IMG/VR virus record: IMGVR_UViG_3300031368_000001
Span: 32,001-96,000 of that record
Direction: 5' to 3' (one strand)
Source of the DNA: a virus
DNA length: 64,000 bases
Shown here in pieces: positions 30,788-42,600 of the stretch; the stretch's first letter is position 1, and each line of letters begins with the position of its first letter. A program made the translations under genes and the position numbers. The notes beneath the pieces were generated by a model. That model was not told the DNA's origin. It made no database searches and worked only from the letters and a program-made list of their open reading frames with translations.

Positions 30788-33700
30788 ATGAATCTCCCCA
30801 ACTCTGAATCGATCAGTTACTGGAAAACAAGTCAATCTTCTCCGGATAAATGGATTGAACGAGCTAGTAGAGTTATCGAACAATATGACGGTAAGGTGCT
30901 TGCTGAAGGATTTGGTAGCAACGCTAACAGCCATGCTGCGTATATGATTGGTTTTGAGATGCATGGTGAAAAATTCAAGGCAGTCTGGCCTGTACTTCCG
31001 TCAGATACGAAAAATGAAAGAGCAGCTAGGATTCAGGCAGCTACTTTGCTTTACCACGACATAAAAGCTAAGTGTATCTCAGCTACGGTGCTAGGAGCCA
31101 GGGTAGCATTTTTTAGTTATCTTATGTTACCAGATGGAAGAACTGCTGGTGAGGCTACGGAGAAAGAATTGCTGGAAGGGATCCCGAAACAAATATTGTT
31201 GACAGAGATATGAGGAAAAGAGATGGAAGCTCGCATTAAAACAATTATATTTATTGGTTGGTTTTTGATTACAATAAGTTCTTCTATTTGTGTCATGATA
31301 GAAGTATGGCGATGTAGGTGGATAGAATGTTTTCTGTACCTGGCATTAATTTTTATAATTAATGCTACTCTTAGAATTATCTCTAAAAAAAAGATAAAAC
31401 AGAATGGCAAATAAAACAATCAAAACCATAGATCAATTTAGGAAGACATATTTTCCTAAAGAATATGAAAGACAGAAATTGAGTGAGATGTCATCCACAG
31501 AGCTTGGAGAGGACCTGGCAAAAAAGTTTATAATTAAGATCAGGAAAAAATATGGAAAAGAGATAAAATGTTCTTCATTAAAGGTTACCACAACATAAAA
31601 TTTGGTAAAGTTATTAAACCTAAGAAGGGTTTACCATATATCAAAATCATTTTGCTAAAACCAGGCGCACCGGATAAAACCATAGAAGCAGGCTCTGTGA
31701 TCTGGGATCTCAAGAAAAAACAGTGGGAGTTGAGAACACGGAAAGAAACGGATGAATTAGTGAAAGAGATGGGGGGGGAGAGATGACCTTCTTTTTTAAA
31801 CAAAAAAATATATAGGCTTCGATCAGAAGGCGAAATTATCCCCCCGTGGTATTTTAGTCTTGTTTATATAGATTATATGCACAGAAAAGATATCTGGTGT
31901 CCAATTCCTTTGAATTATATTCTCAGAGCTATGAAATTTATAGAATACTCTTGGATAAATTTCGTTCAAAGCCTACATGGATAGACAAAAGAGTCGAAAA
32001 GTATATAAGCAAAATTAATAAAGGAAGGAAAAACTAATGTCTCGACCAAAAATAGACTGGGATGAGCTACTTGATGGTTATAATGAAATGTATGATTTTC
32101 ACTTTAACACCATAGAAGAGTTTGTAAAGAGTTTGTATGATATTCATCGAATCGAGGAAGCCGCAAAAATTCTCGGAGTTTCTACATCAGTATTTCAGGA
32201 GAAAATGGCTGAACTAAAAATTCCTCGGGAACCAAAAGGACATCGAAAACCAACTAAGCTTGATAAGTTTAAGGCCTTAGATGATAACGAAGCTTTTAAG
32301 TTACCTCTTGGAGAAACAGCTAAGTTAGTCAATGTTTCAGATAACCATGCACAGGTACTGCGATCATTGCGGAAAAGAGGATACGAATATTATGAAGGTC
32401 AGAAAAGAAAGAAGAAAAATGCTAGTTTTTCAAGATCCTGAAAAACAAAAAAGGCTTGAGTGGATAGTAAACTATTTGGTTGAAGAAAATTTTCTACCTG
32501 AGCATTTAGATGCTATCATCAAAATAATCGGATTATTTAATGATTGTGAGGAATCAGAAACAGAAATATTTGAATTTGTTGATAAATTAGAAACGAAATA
32601 CTCAGAATAAAGGGAGGACACAATATGTCTGAACCAATTAAAAGTATAACTAAGTGTGAATTTTGCGGAGCTTCTATAGAAATAGTAAGTCCGCCACTGC
32701 ACGAATATTATGAAGCTGGTCAAATTCAAATAGAAAAAGGAACAATTCTGCTGTCAGAGAAGATAATCAAAGCTCATCATAAAGATGGATATTCAGATAG
32801 CCATTGTAAGCATATCGATGGATATTATTGTAATACTGCTTGTTTGATGGCAAAACTGAGAGAGATCTTGGTTTAACACGAGTATAAACCACTCACGAGT
32901 TAATTCAGGTATAGGAACAATTATGTATAAAATTACCGATGAAAAAATCAAGAAAGCCAAGCGGAAACTTGCAAAAATGTCTAAAGAAAAAAAGTGGGAT
33001 TTAATAGAAAAATCTTTTGGGATGTGGGCAGATAATTCTCATACAGATGGGAACGCCGATTGGGATGGTTCTTTTCTAACAATTAACTCAGTAAGCGTGA
33101 GGTGTGCTGAAACTCAATAATTAAAAGAAAAAAATGAACTAAAGATATCATAAGAATAGGAGGAAATTCAAATAATGCTTAATGAAGAAAAACGATTTCA
33201 GTCAGTAGAACTAGAGGCCTTGAAATTTAAGATTGAAAAAACTTTTCCTACTATTCAGGAAGTGGATCCTAAATTCAGATTTGATAGTATTTTACAACAA
33301 GGAATACTTGAACTCCAAACAAAAATTTGGGCTGAGTGTTTACAAACCAAGTCAAAAGTTGTAACCCATGAATTCTGCTTTCCAAGAACCTGGTGGCAAC
33401 ATCTCAAAAAAGAAAAATTTCCTGGGTGGCTTCTTAAAAAATTTCCTATCGACTTTAAAAAAGAAATTCAGAAAACGCGGATTAGATTTCAGCAATATGC
33501 AAAATTTCCGAGCTTTAATTATAAATCTGACAAAAAATTTGAAAAGTTTGTCATTGAAGAGATTATGGACGCTAAAGAAATTCTATCCGAGCATAAAATT
33601 GATAAGATCAAGTAGGTTCACTCTTCGTAAAACTTACGCTTGGTAAAAAGCGTTATGTGGAATTACTTTAAACAAAATTGGAAGCAAATAATTCATATCC

Positions 33701-33897
33701 TTTTTAGCACATACTATTTTGGAGTGAATAATAAGTGGTGGAGTTATTTTCCATCTATGTTTGGTATTCCTATCTGGAAAAGAAATCCAAACCGAATCTG
33801 GAAGAATTATGAAGGAGCTAAGTTTCGAGCATTACATTGTTATTTTATACGTTCCAAAACAGCAAAGAAAATATTTCCGACTAACTTCCGAGAATAA
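30788..33897 (+). other. Further small hypothetical ORFs
   Basis: ORF track, co-oriented. Confidence 0.6.
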
Positions 33898-33904
33898 TAA
33901 CTAA

Positions 33905-34381
33905 TCACTCTTTCTTCTCCCCTGGTCCCGCACTCTTCTTCCATACCCATAAATCGGAATGATCTTGACGTGAAAGAGTAAAAAGTCCTTTCAGATGTTT
34001 ACTATTCAATAAAAATTTCCAGAAATCATTCATGATGTAGAAAGTGGCCTTGCCTGATGTAAGTTGTCTCAGGTGCGAAGGAGTAGCTTTTGATATATTC
34101 CACCATCCTTTAGGATCAGGTTCCAGGTAGCTCTTATCCTCTTTTTCCTTTCCCCTCTCAAGCGCTCTCTCATCTGGGCATGGCGTCCATGATGCTGAGA
34201 TTTCTTTATTCTCGATGGGATTGGAAGTCAGGGCAAAGGAGGTGATGGGATGATTTCTATCTACTGATAAATCAAAAAACACTCTCCAGAGAATGCGTGA
34301 AGCGCCTTCACGAATTACGTGTTGACCACGAAAAGTTTGTACGACTAAGCTAAAATTTACAGATTTTTCAGGAAGCTCCAT
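33905..34381 (-). CDS. Degenerate LigD phosphoesterase-like domain protein
   Basis: FSLVVQTFRG...GKATF...KFLLNSKHLKGLFTL...WVWKK resembles the PE beta-barrel; catalytic His residues not evident. Confidence 0.4.
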   Translation of the reverse strand: MELPEKSVNFSLVVQTFRGQHVIREGASRILWRVFFDLSVDRNHPITSFALTSNPIENKEISASWTPCPDERALERGKEKEDKSYLEPDPKGWWNISKATPSHLRQLTSGKATFYIMNDFWKFLLNSKHLKGLFTLSRQDHSDLWVWKKSAGPGEKKE

Positions 34382-34393
34382 GATTACTCTCCT

Positions 34394-37300
34394 TTATTCT
34401 TTACTGCTAAGTTCATCCAAAATAGCTATATGCATATTATAAATATCTTGCCAGCTCCTCTGTAGCCACATTCCTGACAGAAATCCAATCCCTGCTTTCT
34501 GTGCTTCCCAGGCTCGATACATTTGTTCAGCCTTTGCTCTTTTTACTTTCTTCGCAAGCTCATCCAATGATTTTCCTTCTTTCTCAGATTGAGGCATTTT
34601 TTTAATTTCTTCATCAATCATTTCTTTAGTTGGAAGTCCTCTGCTTTCCATAATACCATAGATGTAATGAATCTTTTGTGGACCCGGCGAGGTAACTGTT
34701 CCTACAAATTCTTTAAACATCCAGGAAGATACAGCATCAACCAATTGACCTTGTGGAATCACTGTTCTCCATTCTTCTTTTTCTGCTAATTGTAGCGGTG
34801 CGAGGACATATTTTTTCCATATAGGAAGCAAACCCAGCCAGTCATCTAAAAAATCGACTGTAACTTTTGCCCATGTAACCTTTTGTCGATCTAAATAATC
34901 CTGCATATTCTTGATTTTTGCTCTTGAAAAAATTCTTGTTCTATTCTCAACAGGAATTTTTTCCATCATTTTAATTTGTCCTTTTATATTCGCATCTTGA
35001 GCTTCCCTCCATTTTGGCTCTCCATGATACTTTGTAAAGACTTTTATATATTTATAAGCAGAAAGCCAGGAAAGTGGGTTGAAATAAGTTCCAGGAATCA
35101 AATACACTGGAACCATGGTCTTTATTGAAAAATTAACATTGCTTCCTGTCCGCTTGCTCCACCAGTTCCATACACCTCGAATAGCGCCTAATTTCCATGG
35201 ATGGTACATAAAATCTTTTAGCCAGTAGGCGTTATTGCGAATGTTAAAGGTAAAGAAGGGAAAAATTCTCTCAAGTGAAACCTCAACCGCCATCTTATTT
35301 TTATAATCAAAGAATACACGGTTCACTTCTTTGATTCCTTTTTCTCTCATTATTTCTGCAAAGTCATCCAGGATTTTTCCCTGTTTAAATAACTTTTTAG
35401 CATAAGCATCCACATAACCTGAAAAATACCATTCTCGTGCTTTTGTCTCCGGGCCTCCTAAAAGGGCTTCGTACAATACATTTCTATGAGTTTGATACCA
35501 GTTTGTCTTTCCAAGCACCTCACTAAGTTCTGCTTCAGTTTTTACAAAAAAACTACCGCTGACTTCTTTTGGAATCGGGATAATCGGTGTTCCTCGCTTC
35601 CTCATTAGTGGCCAGAAAAACTCTCCTCTGAAAAATGAATTAAGTGATTCATTCATTGCTTTTAAAGTATTGTCAGCCATGTTGCGAATAGATACCCCAG
35701 GTGCATAGATAAGAACACAATCTTTCCAGAAAGACTTGAAATAATCTACTTCATCCAAAATAAATTTTCCAGCTTTAAGAGTATCATAATTCATTTGTCC
35801 TTTGAATGTATCTATATTTGCCAATGCAGCTGTAATTCTATCTGCCAAGGTTTTACTTCGGAGAACTCTGGCTGAATAAAAACATGAATTGATTATTCTT
35901 CTGAAAATTCCTGGCTCATATGGAGTTTGCATTTTTCCGCTTGGAAATAAGCCAATTTTGCTCTCTGGCACTACGCCCACATCCCCTATTCTTTTTGGTA
36001 GTTTTGTAAAAATTTTTAAAGCTTTGATTTGTGAAGCAAGCAGATTAAAAAAAAGTTTCGTTATTGGCTTAACAAAATTTAGAGTAACAACTTCTAAGAT
36101 TAAATTTTTCATTCCACTTAATTGTTCTTCGACTTCAAGTACCTGACCTTCATTTAGGAGTCTTACAGCAATAGCATCTGCTTTAGCCATTAGGGGAGCT
36201 CTTTTTTTAGGGTTTAATGCAATCATTTCAAGCAGCGATAAATCTGCTGATTTTAAAACTTCCCGGACTGCTTGTTCATAAGCAACTATAAAATCTTTGA
36301 CTAATGGCTGTCCAGCCCAGATCATGAAAGCTTTATCTACCACATTCATATTACCAGTATCTACAACTAGGCTTTTTAATAACTCCTTGTATTCTAATAA
36401 TAAAGAATGAACTACTCCCCACATAGATTTTATCTTCACATTTTTTTTATCTTTAATTAAAAGATTAGTAGCAGCATCGATCACCCATTGTGATTTATAT
36501 AAATTTTTATCTTTCACAGGCAGAAATACATAATGTCTTCCTTCGCCTTTTTTTTCCCCGGGAAATTCTACTTCAAGTGATGGATGGTCAGCTCCCTTGC
36601 ATAAAATTTTTCCTTCTCCGGGATAAGTTGGAAGAGTATCTATGTTGAACGGTGATTTTGAGGCGAGATACAAACAATCGGGACAATGATTCCAAATAAT
36701 TTTTTCTTTCTTATCTTTCCCACCATAAGTACCCTTCCCGGGATTCCACCAAAATCTCAGGCTTTTTGGAGGATCATAGAATAAAGTAGATTTAATTTTA
36801 GAAAGTACCGATTTCGAAGGAACTTTAACCTTATCTATTTTTACTTCCCATGGGGTAACTACTCCTCCTATCGTAGTTTTCATCTCAGGTTTTTCTTTTC
36901 TTATATAGCTTAGGTGTCCTCGTGCAGCAAATTGTTCTGCATACTCTAATGCTACTTCTTTCTTTTTAATAGCATCTATCAATTCATCTCTAATTTTATG
37001 AGCTTTCGATTGTTCCTTAATCTTCCAGTATTGATATTCAGAAGGGATTTGACTTCTGATTTTTTTGGGGAGGGCAGAAATTTCAGCAGGCGGATACCAG
37101 TGTTTTTTCAGAGCGCGGGGATCAAGGACATAAGGACCGGGATCGGCGAAGAAGGACATCCAGACTGTGTAGCCTTTTCCAGTTTTACTTTCAGCACCCT
37201 CTCCAATTGATTGCTGTCGCCATACGTTAGGAAGTAGGCGGAACGTTAGTCTGCCACTAAGTTTTTTGCCGGTAAGAAAATATTCAAAGAAATGAGGTTT

Positions 37301-37675
37301 GCGCGTGCCAAATTCTACAAATCCTTTATCAACAATTCCCATGTAGCCTTTTAAATTTTTTGTTGCTCCAATTGTTCCTTCAGGAAAGGTAGCCTTATCA
37401 ATGGTAAGCCATTCCATTGGCTCAAGACTTTTTTTCTCAGAAACTGTTTTTTTCGTAGGATCAAGTAGAAGTTTAATCGCAGAATTTAACTTTTTCTCTA
37501 TAAGTTTTTCTGCATCTGAGTAATTTTTAGGATCAGATTCTATCGATAAAATCCAATTCAGGGTCCAGCCTTCTAGTCTTTGAGAGTCAATCTGAAGTCG
37601 AAGATCTCCGTGAACTGAGTTAAGACCGGCCCCTAGAATGCCATTGGAGCACCCATCTCCACTTTTTATTTTCAT
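34394..37675 (-). CDS. Large putative virion/injected protein: LigD-PE-like N-terminus + MuF-type Cys motif + helical C-terminal domain
   Basis: VHGDLRLQ..LEGWTL...EPMEWL...DKGFVEFG...EYFLTGKKLSGR; HCPDCLYLASKSPF..LPTYPGEG; VFFDY...ERIFPFFTF. Confidence 0.6.
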   Translation of the reverse strand: MKIKSGDGCSNGILGAGLNSVHGDLRLQIDSQRLEGWTLNWILSIESDPKNYSDAEKLIEKKLNSAIKLLLDPTKKTVSEKKSLEPMEWLTIDKATFPEGTIGATKNLKGYMGIVDKGFVEFGTRKPHFFEYFLTGKKLSGRLTFRLLPNVWRQQSIGEGAESKTGKGYTVWMSFFADPGPYVLDPRALKKHWYPPAEISALPKKIRSQIPSEYQYWKIKEQSKAHKIRDELIDAIKKKEVALEYAEQFAARGHLSYIRKEKPEMKTTIGGVVTPWEVKIDKVKVPSKSVLSKIKSTLFYDPPKSLRFWWNPGKGTYGGKDKKEKIIWNHCPDCLYLASKSPFNIDTLPTYPGEGKILCKGADHPSLEVEFPGEKKGEGRHYVFLPVKDKNLYKSQWVIDAATNLLIKDKKNVKIKSMWGVVHSLLLEYKELLKSLVVDTGNMNVVDKAFMIWAGQPLVKDFIVAYEQAVREVLKSADLSLLEMIALNPKKRAPLMAKADAIAVRLLNEGQVLEVEEQLSGMKNLILEVVTLNFVKPITKLFFNLLASQIKALKIFTKLPKRIGDVGVVPESKIGLFPSGKMQTPYEPGIFRRIINSCFYSARVLRSKTLADRITAALANIDTFKGQMNYDTLKAGKFILDEVDYFKSFWKDCVLIYAPGVSIRNMADNTLKAMNESLNSFFRGEFFWPLMRKRGTPIIPIPKEVSGSFFVKTEAELSEVLGKTNWYQTHRNVLYEALLGGPETKAREWYFSGYVDAYAKKLFKQGKILDDFAEIMREKGIKEVNRVFFDYKNKMAVEVSLERIFPFFTFNIRNNAYWLKDFMYHPWKLGAIRGVWNWWSKRTGSNVNFSIKTMVPVYLIPGTYFNPLSWLSAYKYIKVFTKYHGEPKWREAQDANIKGQIKMMEKIPVENRTRIFSRAKIKNMQDYLDRQKVTWAKVTVDFLDDWLGLLPIWKKYVLAPLQLAEKEEWRTVIPQGQLVDAVSSWMFKEFVGTVTSPGPQKIHYIYGIMESRGLPTKEMIDEEIKKMPQSEKEGKSLDELAKKVKRAKAEQMYRAWEAQKAGIGFLSGMWLQRSWQDIYNMHIAILDELSSKE

Positions 37676-37721
37676 TTGGATATGAAGATACGGAACCGAT
37701 AAATCATCACCTCCTTTCCCA

Positions 37722-37958
37722 CTACCCTCTAATCAATAACGTTGTTAATGTTGCGCAGGCTGCAAATAATATACTGATAACTACTGTAACCACCCAGGGA
37801 GGCCTGGAATAAACTAATTGACTAATTTCATCCTGTCTATTACAAATTTGTATAATTTTAGTATCAATCCGTTTTTGAAAACCCGAAAATTCATTCTCCA
37901 TAGATTTGACTTTTTGTACAACTCCAGCAACTTGTCTTCCAAGTTCATCATTGTCCAT
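37722..37958 (-). CDS. Holin-like small membrane protein
   Basis: Coiled coil plus single C-terminal TM segment; adjacent to endolysin. Confidence 0.5.
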   Translation of the reverse strand: MDNDELGRQVAGVVQKVKSMENEFSGFQKRIDTKIIQICNRQDEISQLVYSRPPWVVTVVISILFAACATLTTLLIRG

Positions 37959-37964
37959 AATGGT

Positions 37965-38534
37965 TTACCTCTTGGATAGTTCTATTCTCTTAGCCCAACC
38001 TCGCGCATACTTTTCTTGCAAAGAACTTTTTTTCATAATTTTAATAAAACGCATTCCTTGAAAAACATTCATCCAGATCAGTAAATTTTCTGAACTATCT
38101 TTTTTGAGATAAGCCTCTAATGCACTCAGAGTTTTTGGGCCAATCACACCATCTTCTACGAGATCTAAAAACAAGAATTCATTACGATTTAATAAGTTCA
38201 ATGATTGCTGTAAAATTATAATTGCCTGATGATTTCCCATATTAACTGCTGTGTCAAAAAGTTCTTGTGCTACATCGAATGAAGAAATTTTATTACCCAT
38301 AATTTCATCCCAAAACTTGAGACGATAAAATTTTTTGACAACATGAAATAATCTTTCCTCGAACTTGGCAGAAAACGGTGGGGTATAAGAATCAATTACT
38401 TTCCATCCAGGCCAGCTGGGATGTTTGTTTCTAGAAATTCCCTTATAGGTCTCACCCCCAAAATCATCTGGGTCGTTTGAGTATAAACCCTCGTGTTTTA
38501 AAGTATTAGTTAAAATTTTTGTGAAGCTGTTCAT
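37965..38534 (-). CDS. Endolysin, glycoside hydrolase family 108
   Basis: HEGLYSNDPDDFGGETYKGIS, FDTAVNMG, DGVIGPKTL, YARGWAKR. Confidence 0.92.
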   Translation of the reverse strand: MNSFTKILTNTLKHEGLYSNDPDDFGGETYKGISRNKHPSWPGWKVIDSYTPPFSAKFEERLFHVVKKFYRLKFWDEIMGNKISSFDVAQELFDTAVNMGNHQAIIILQQSLNLLNRNEFLFLDLVEDGVIGPKTLSALEAYLKKDSSENLLIWMNVFQGMRFIKIMKKSSLQEKYARGWAKRIELSKR

Positions 38535-38551
38535 GATTTAATCTAATCTGG

Positions 38552-39196
38552 CTATATTTTAATCCCAAGCGATAAAATTACTGATAGTTCATTTTTTTCG
38601 TCAGTCTCTGGTCTCGATCTGTATTGATCAGTAAGTGATAATTTCAGTGATAAGCGTGCAGCAATTTTTTGCTTAATTGAAGCCTCTCCGGTAAAGATGT
38701 AGTCATCCAAATCTTCAAGATTTGGTTGGTAGAAAATCACTGCTTTGAATGATTTTACTTTACCTTTGAGTCTAAGTGAGAGTCGGTTTATATCCAAAGT
38801 ATCACTCTCAATTTTTTGATGATGTTGTAAATAACCAATTGAGACAGAAAAGTTTTTACAGAAACTATATTTTGGACCACCTCCAAAGAAGTTTTCAAAA
38901 TCTATTTTTCTGAGTTTATTATATCCAGCCTGGTCAAAAAACCAGAGAGACCATTTATCATTGAGCTTCGGATCGTATCCTAAACGTAAGAAAGCTTTAT
39001 TCTCGATTTCTAAGTCATTCCGCTCACCATAGTTTAGTTTACTCACCAAACTAATTTCCTTGATTTTAGTATCGAGTCCGAGGTAGAATGATTGTGAATC
39101 TGTAATTCCAGATTTAGCAGACAAGCCTATATCAAGATCTCCAGCGAGGGTCTGGAGTGGAAAAAATAAAATTAAAAATATTAGAAATCTTTTCAA
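38552..39196 (-). CDS. DUF481-family outer-membrane beta-barrel
   Basis: Signal peptide; alternating beta strands; GGGPKY; terminal LSLGIKI. Confidence 0.7.
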   Translation of the reverse strand: MKRFLIFLILFFPLQTLAGDLDIGLSAKSGITDSQSFYLGLDTKIKEISLVSKLNYGERNDLEIENKAFLRLGYDPKLNDKWSLWFFDQAGYNKLRKIDFENFFGGGPKYSFCKNFSVSIGYLQHHQKIESDTLDINRLSLRLKGKVKSFKAVIFYQPNLEDLDDYIFTGEASIKQKIAARLSLKLSLTDQYRSRPETDEKNELSVILSLGIKI

Positions 39197-39637
39197 TTGC
39201 TTTGTCCTGGCGGAACAATATTTCTTGGTTTTGGCATGATCTTTATACGATTTGAGAGATTAGTTCCAGAAAAGAGAAATTCAGGAATCATGACACAATC
39301 ATATTGTTCAAGAATCGTATTAATCTCAGCTAAACATTTACTGGTTCTAACTTTATCATCACCCTCGATAAATTTGACATTATTATGTTTTAAATTTTTG
39401 AGTTGGCTCTTTACACTTTTCATAAATATTTTTCCTTATTTAAAGGTTTATTTTTCTTGAATTATTCTTAAAATTTTGTTTTTTCCAGCAGAAGTACAAA
39501 GATAGTTTTTAATTTCTTCAAAATCGGTAGAATTTTCGATAACTATAAACCTATCTGGAATGGGCTTTCTTTTTTTAATAAATTCCTGGATACATTTTTT
39601 GAAACAGTCTATTGGTATTATCGACATTATATCTTTC

Positions 39638-42600
39638 CTATTTAAAAATCACATTTTTTGGTAGGATCCACGCTTGAATCCCCTGTGGAACTTCTACTTC
39701 TCTCACTGGATCAAATTTCTCTATTACTTCAACTTCATACAAATATAAAGGATGCTGTTCATCCCACCACTCAATTCTTTCATAGTTCTCCACAAGATGC
39801 TCCTCATATCTTTCCTCAAATTCTTTCTGATTAATTTCTTTTGGTTCGGAAAGTTTAATAATTCCCCAGCAGTCTTTATCAGAAATTAAGTAGAGAGGTT
39901 CATTGATGTGTTCAGTAAATTTTTTGGATTTTATTATGGCTGTTTTACTGCCATCCCAGATGTATTCAGAGTGTGGAGAAACTAGATATAGCCCGGCTAT
40001 CTCCTGATCTTTCTTAGCTTCGCCAATTTTTTGCAGAGTTTCGGGAAGTTTTTCTCTCACCAGACCATATAATTCTTTTGAAGTTTCCTTCATTTTTTCT
40101 GGTGAGAATGTGTAGTTCATCTTATCACTTTTAACTCGTTCTTTAATTTCTTTTATGATTTTTGTTGCATTCTCAAGTATTTGTTCTTTGGTAAATTTAA
40201 TGCCTTTACCCTCAGTCTTCTTCCATGTAGAAAAATGCGCGCACACTATTCTAAAATCATCCCCAAGAACTTTATTGTCTACTCTAGATGGATCATAAGG
40301 AGTTTCATAAAAATTATCGTTTCTATAAAAATCATCGGGAAAGTTTTCTGCACTTTCTTCCTTTATTGTCTCGTTATAGGCAGTGAGAATTTTTTCTGCG
40401 AGTGAGTTCCACCATGTACTCCATTTTTCACCCTGATCGTTTCTTATTTTCCCAGCCACGCAGATTCTTGGTCTATTTCCCTGACCAATATCGAATCCAA
40501 CAAATAGATCAGATTGTTTTTTTAAGTTCGATACCATCTGTTCGTGAAGATCGTCATATTTTTCTGGCATTCTGAGCACGACAAACGCAGGTCTGGATTC
40601 GCTTTTGCCTTCATCTGTTGATCTTATCTCAACTGGTAAATTATTGAGTTCCTCTAACCATTTTTCTTTGAGGCCTTCATCGACAGCTCTCCCTCTCCAC
40701 ATTTTTTTCGGAGCATCCGTTCTGCCAGACAAAAATTCTGCTGGTTTCTTATTATAGACTGTCTGATAAGCAAATGTTGGTGCATTTATTTTTTCGCTGA
40801 ATTCTTCTTCATTCTCAAATTTTTCCTCAAACTCTTCCTCCAGATCTATCTCTCCCCATTCTTCTCCTTCACTCGCTTCTTTTTTTTGTTGCAGCCATTC
40901 CCAGATTTTTTTCTGTTGTTCATTAGCAGTTCCGGCCTCGATATCTTTTTCAAGATTATCCATGTCTTTCCAGAGTAATCCTAGATCAATTGCTTCAAAA
41001 ATTGGTAATATTCCAGGCACAACTTTTAGAGTTCCTTTTAAAAACTTTGTGAGATTACCCAGGTGTTTTATTTTTAGCTTATTCATTATTTGTTTAAGCA
41101 ATCTTGCATTTAATTTTTCATCAATTTGTTTAACTGGAATTTCTTTTTTAAGTGCAGCATTAATGGAATGTTGTGTTCCTTTTGAGCCACCCTTTTGAAT
41201 TGCTGTCATAGCATCTGCCTTACCAACTATATCCTTATTTCTGGTAAAAGCAGCCTGGCCATAAGAAATTTCTGAGACAGCTTTACCTGTTTCTTTCGCA
41301 GCTCGTTTTACACCTGAATTTTCCACCACATTTGCTCCAAGATCTCTTACTTTTTTAAGAAGGGGCCTAACAGCAGCTGGCTGACTTTCGATAGTTTTTG
41401 GTAAATAAACAGTTAATTTTTTACAGGCATTCTGTCGTAAGACTTCTCTGATTGATTCTTCATCTACTCCTTTCGCTCCGCCAGTTACAATCCCCCAGCC
41501 AGCATCAAGAGCTTTTTTGGTTTGGTAGCGTGTAGCTTGTAACATATTTGAAGTAGTTTCACGGGAACCGACTATAGCCATAGTTTTTATGGATGATATT
41601 TTTTTAAGTCCTGCCTCTCGAACTTCTGCCAGAATTTTACCCAGTTGATTTTGTCCTTTCCCTCCGCTCTTTCCCCAAAAAGTATCTCCCCATGTATTAT
41701 TTTCAACAATATCAATTCCTTTAGTGGCAATTAATTTTTCCATTAATTTTGGATTACTTTCAAATTTAGTCCTGACAATTCTTTTCATTACATCAGTCTT
41801 AATTTTTTCCCAGTCAGATCGAAGCGGAATTTTCCTTGCATATCTTTTAGCATCTCCTGGAGTCCTTAACTTTCTAATGGTTTCTCTGATTTCTGAATCC
41901 AATGTTTTTGCAGCTTGATAAGCATGTTCAGAAGTTGGATACACTTTTCCCTCGAATGAAGTTGGTGCTGGATGGAAATTTGATAAAAAATCATACTGAC
42001 CACGGAAGGCTGAAGTCTCGGCAAAATCGTTGGTGAATTTTAATAGATCTTCAAACTCTTCACTACTCGATTCTGAGCTACTTGATTCTTCATCTTCTTC
42101 AATAGTACCACTACTACTACTCATTTCTTCTTCAATATTCTCATAATCCTCTTCAAACCCTTCCGGTCCCACTACATGTATTAATTCAACTTCTCCCTCT
42201 TCATGTTTCTCATAAATATAAATCGAGACATCGGCTGTCATTTTCTTGAGCCCCGGAATTGTCAGACCTCGACTCTTAAGAAAATTTTTCAGCTTAGCCA
42301 TATCCAAGGTTTCTTCAACCTTGATAAATCTTCCAAGTTTTTTCTTTTTGAGAGAATTAACCGCTGTTTTCTCGGAAACCACTTTGTAGTAAGCAGGAGT
42401 TCGCCTGAGAGAAAAGATATAACGAGTGGTTTCAACTTTCTTCATCCCAGTATCTTTAAGAACATCAGCCATAGCGCCCTGGATGGCTGAAATTTCTGAG
42501 TCCAGATCTTTGCGCGCCACTGGCGGGGTCTTGAAATAGTCCTCAAGTTTCTTCTTGGCTTTTCTCAGAGAGTCATGCAATGACTCGAGTTCTCTGAGTT

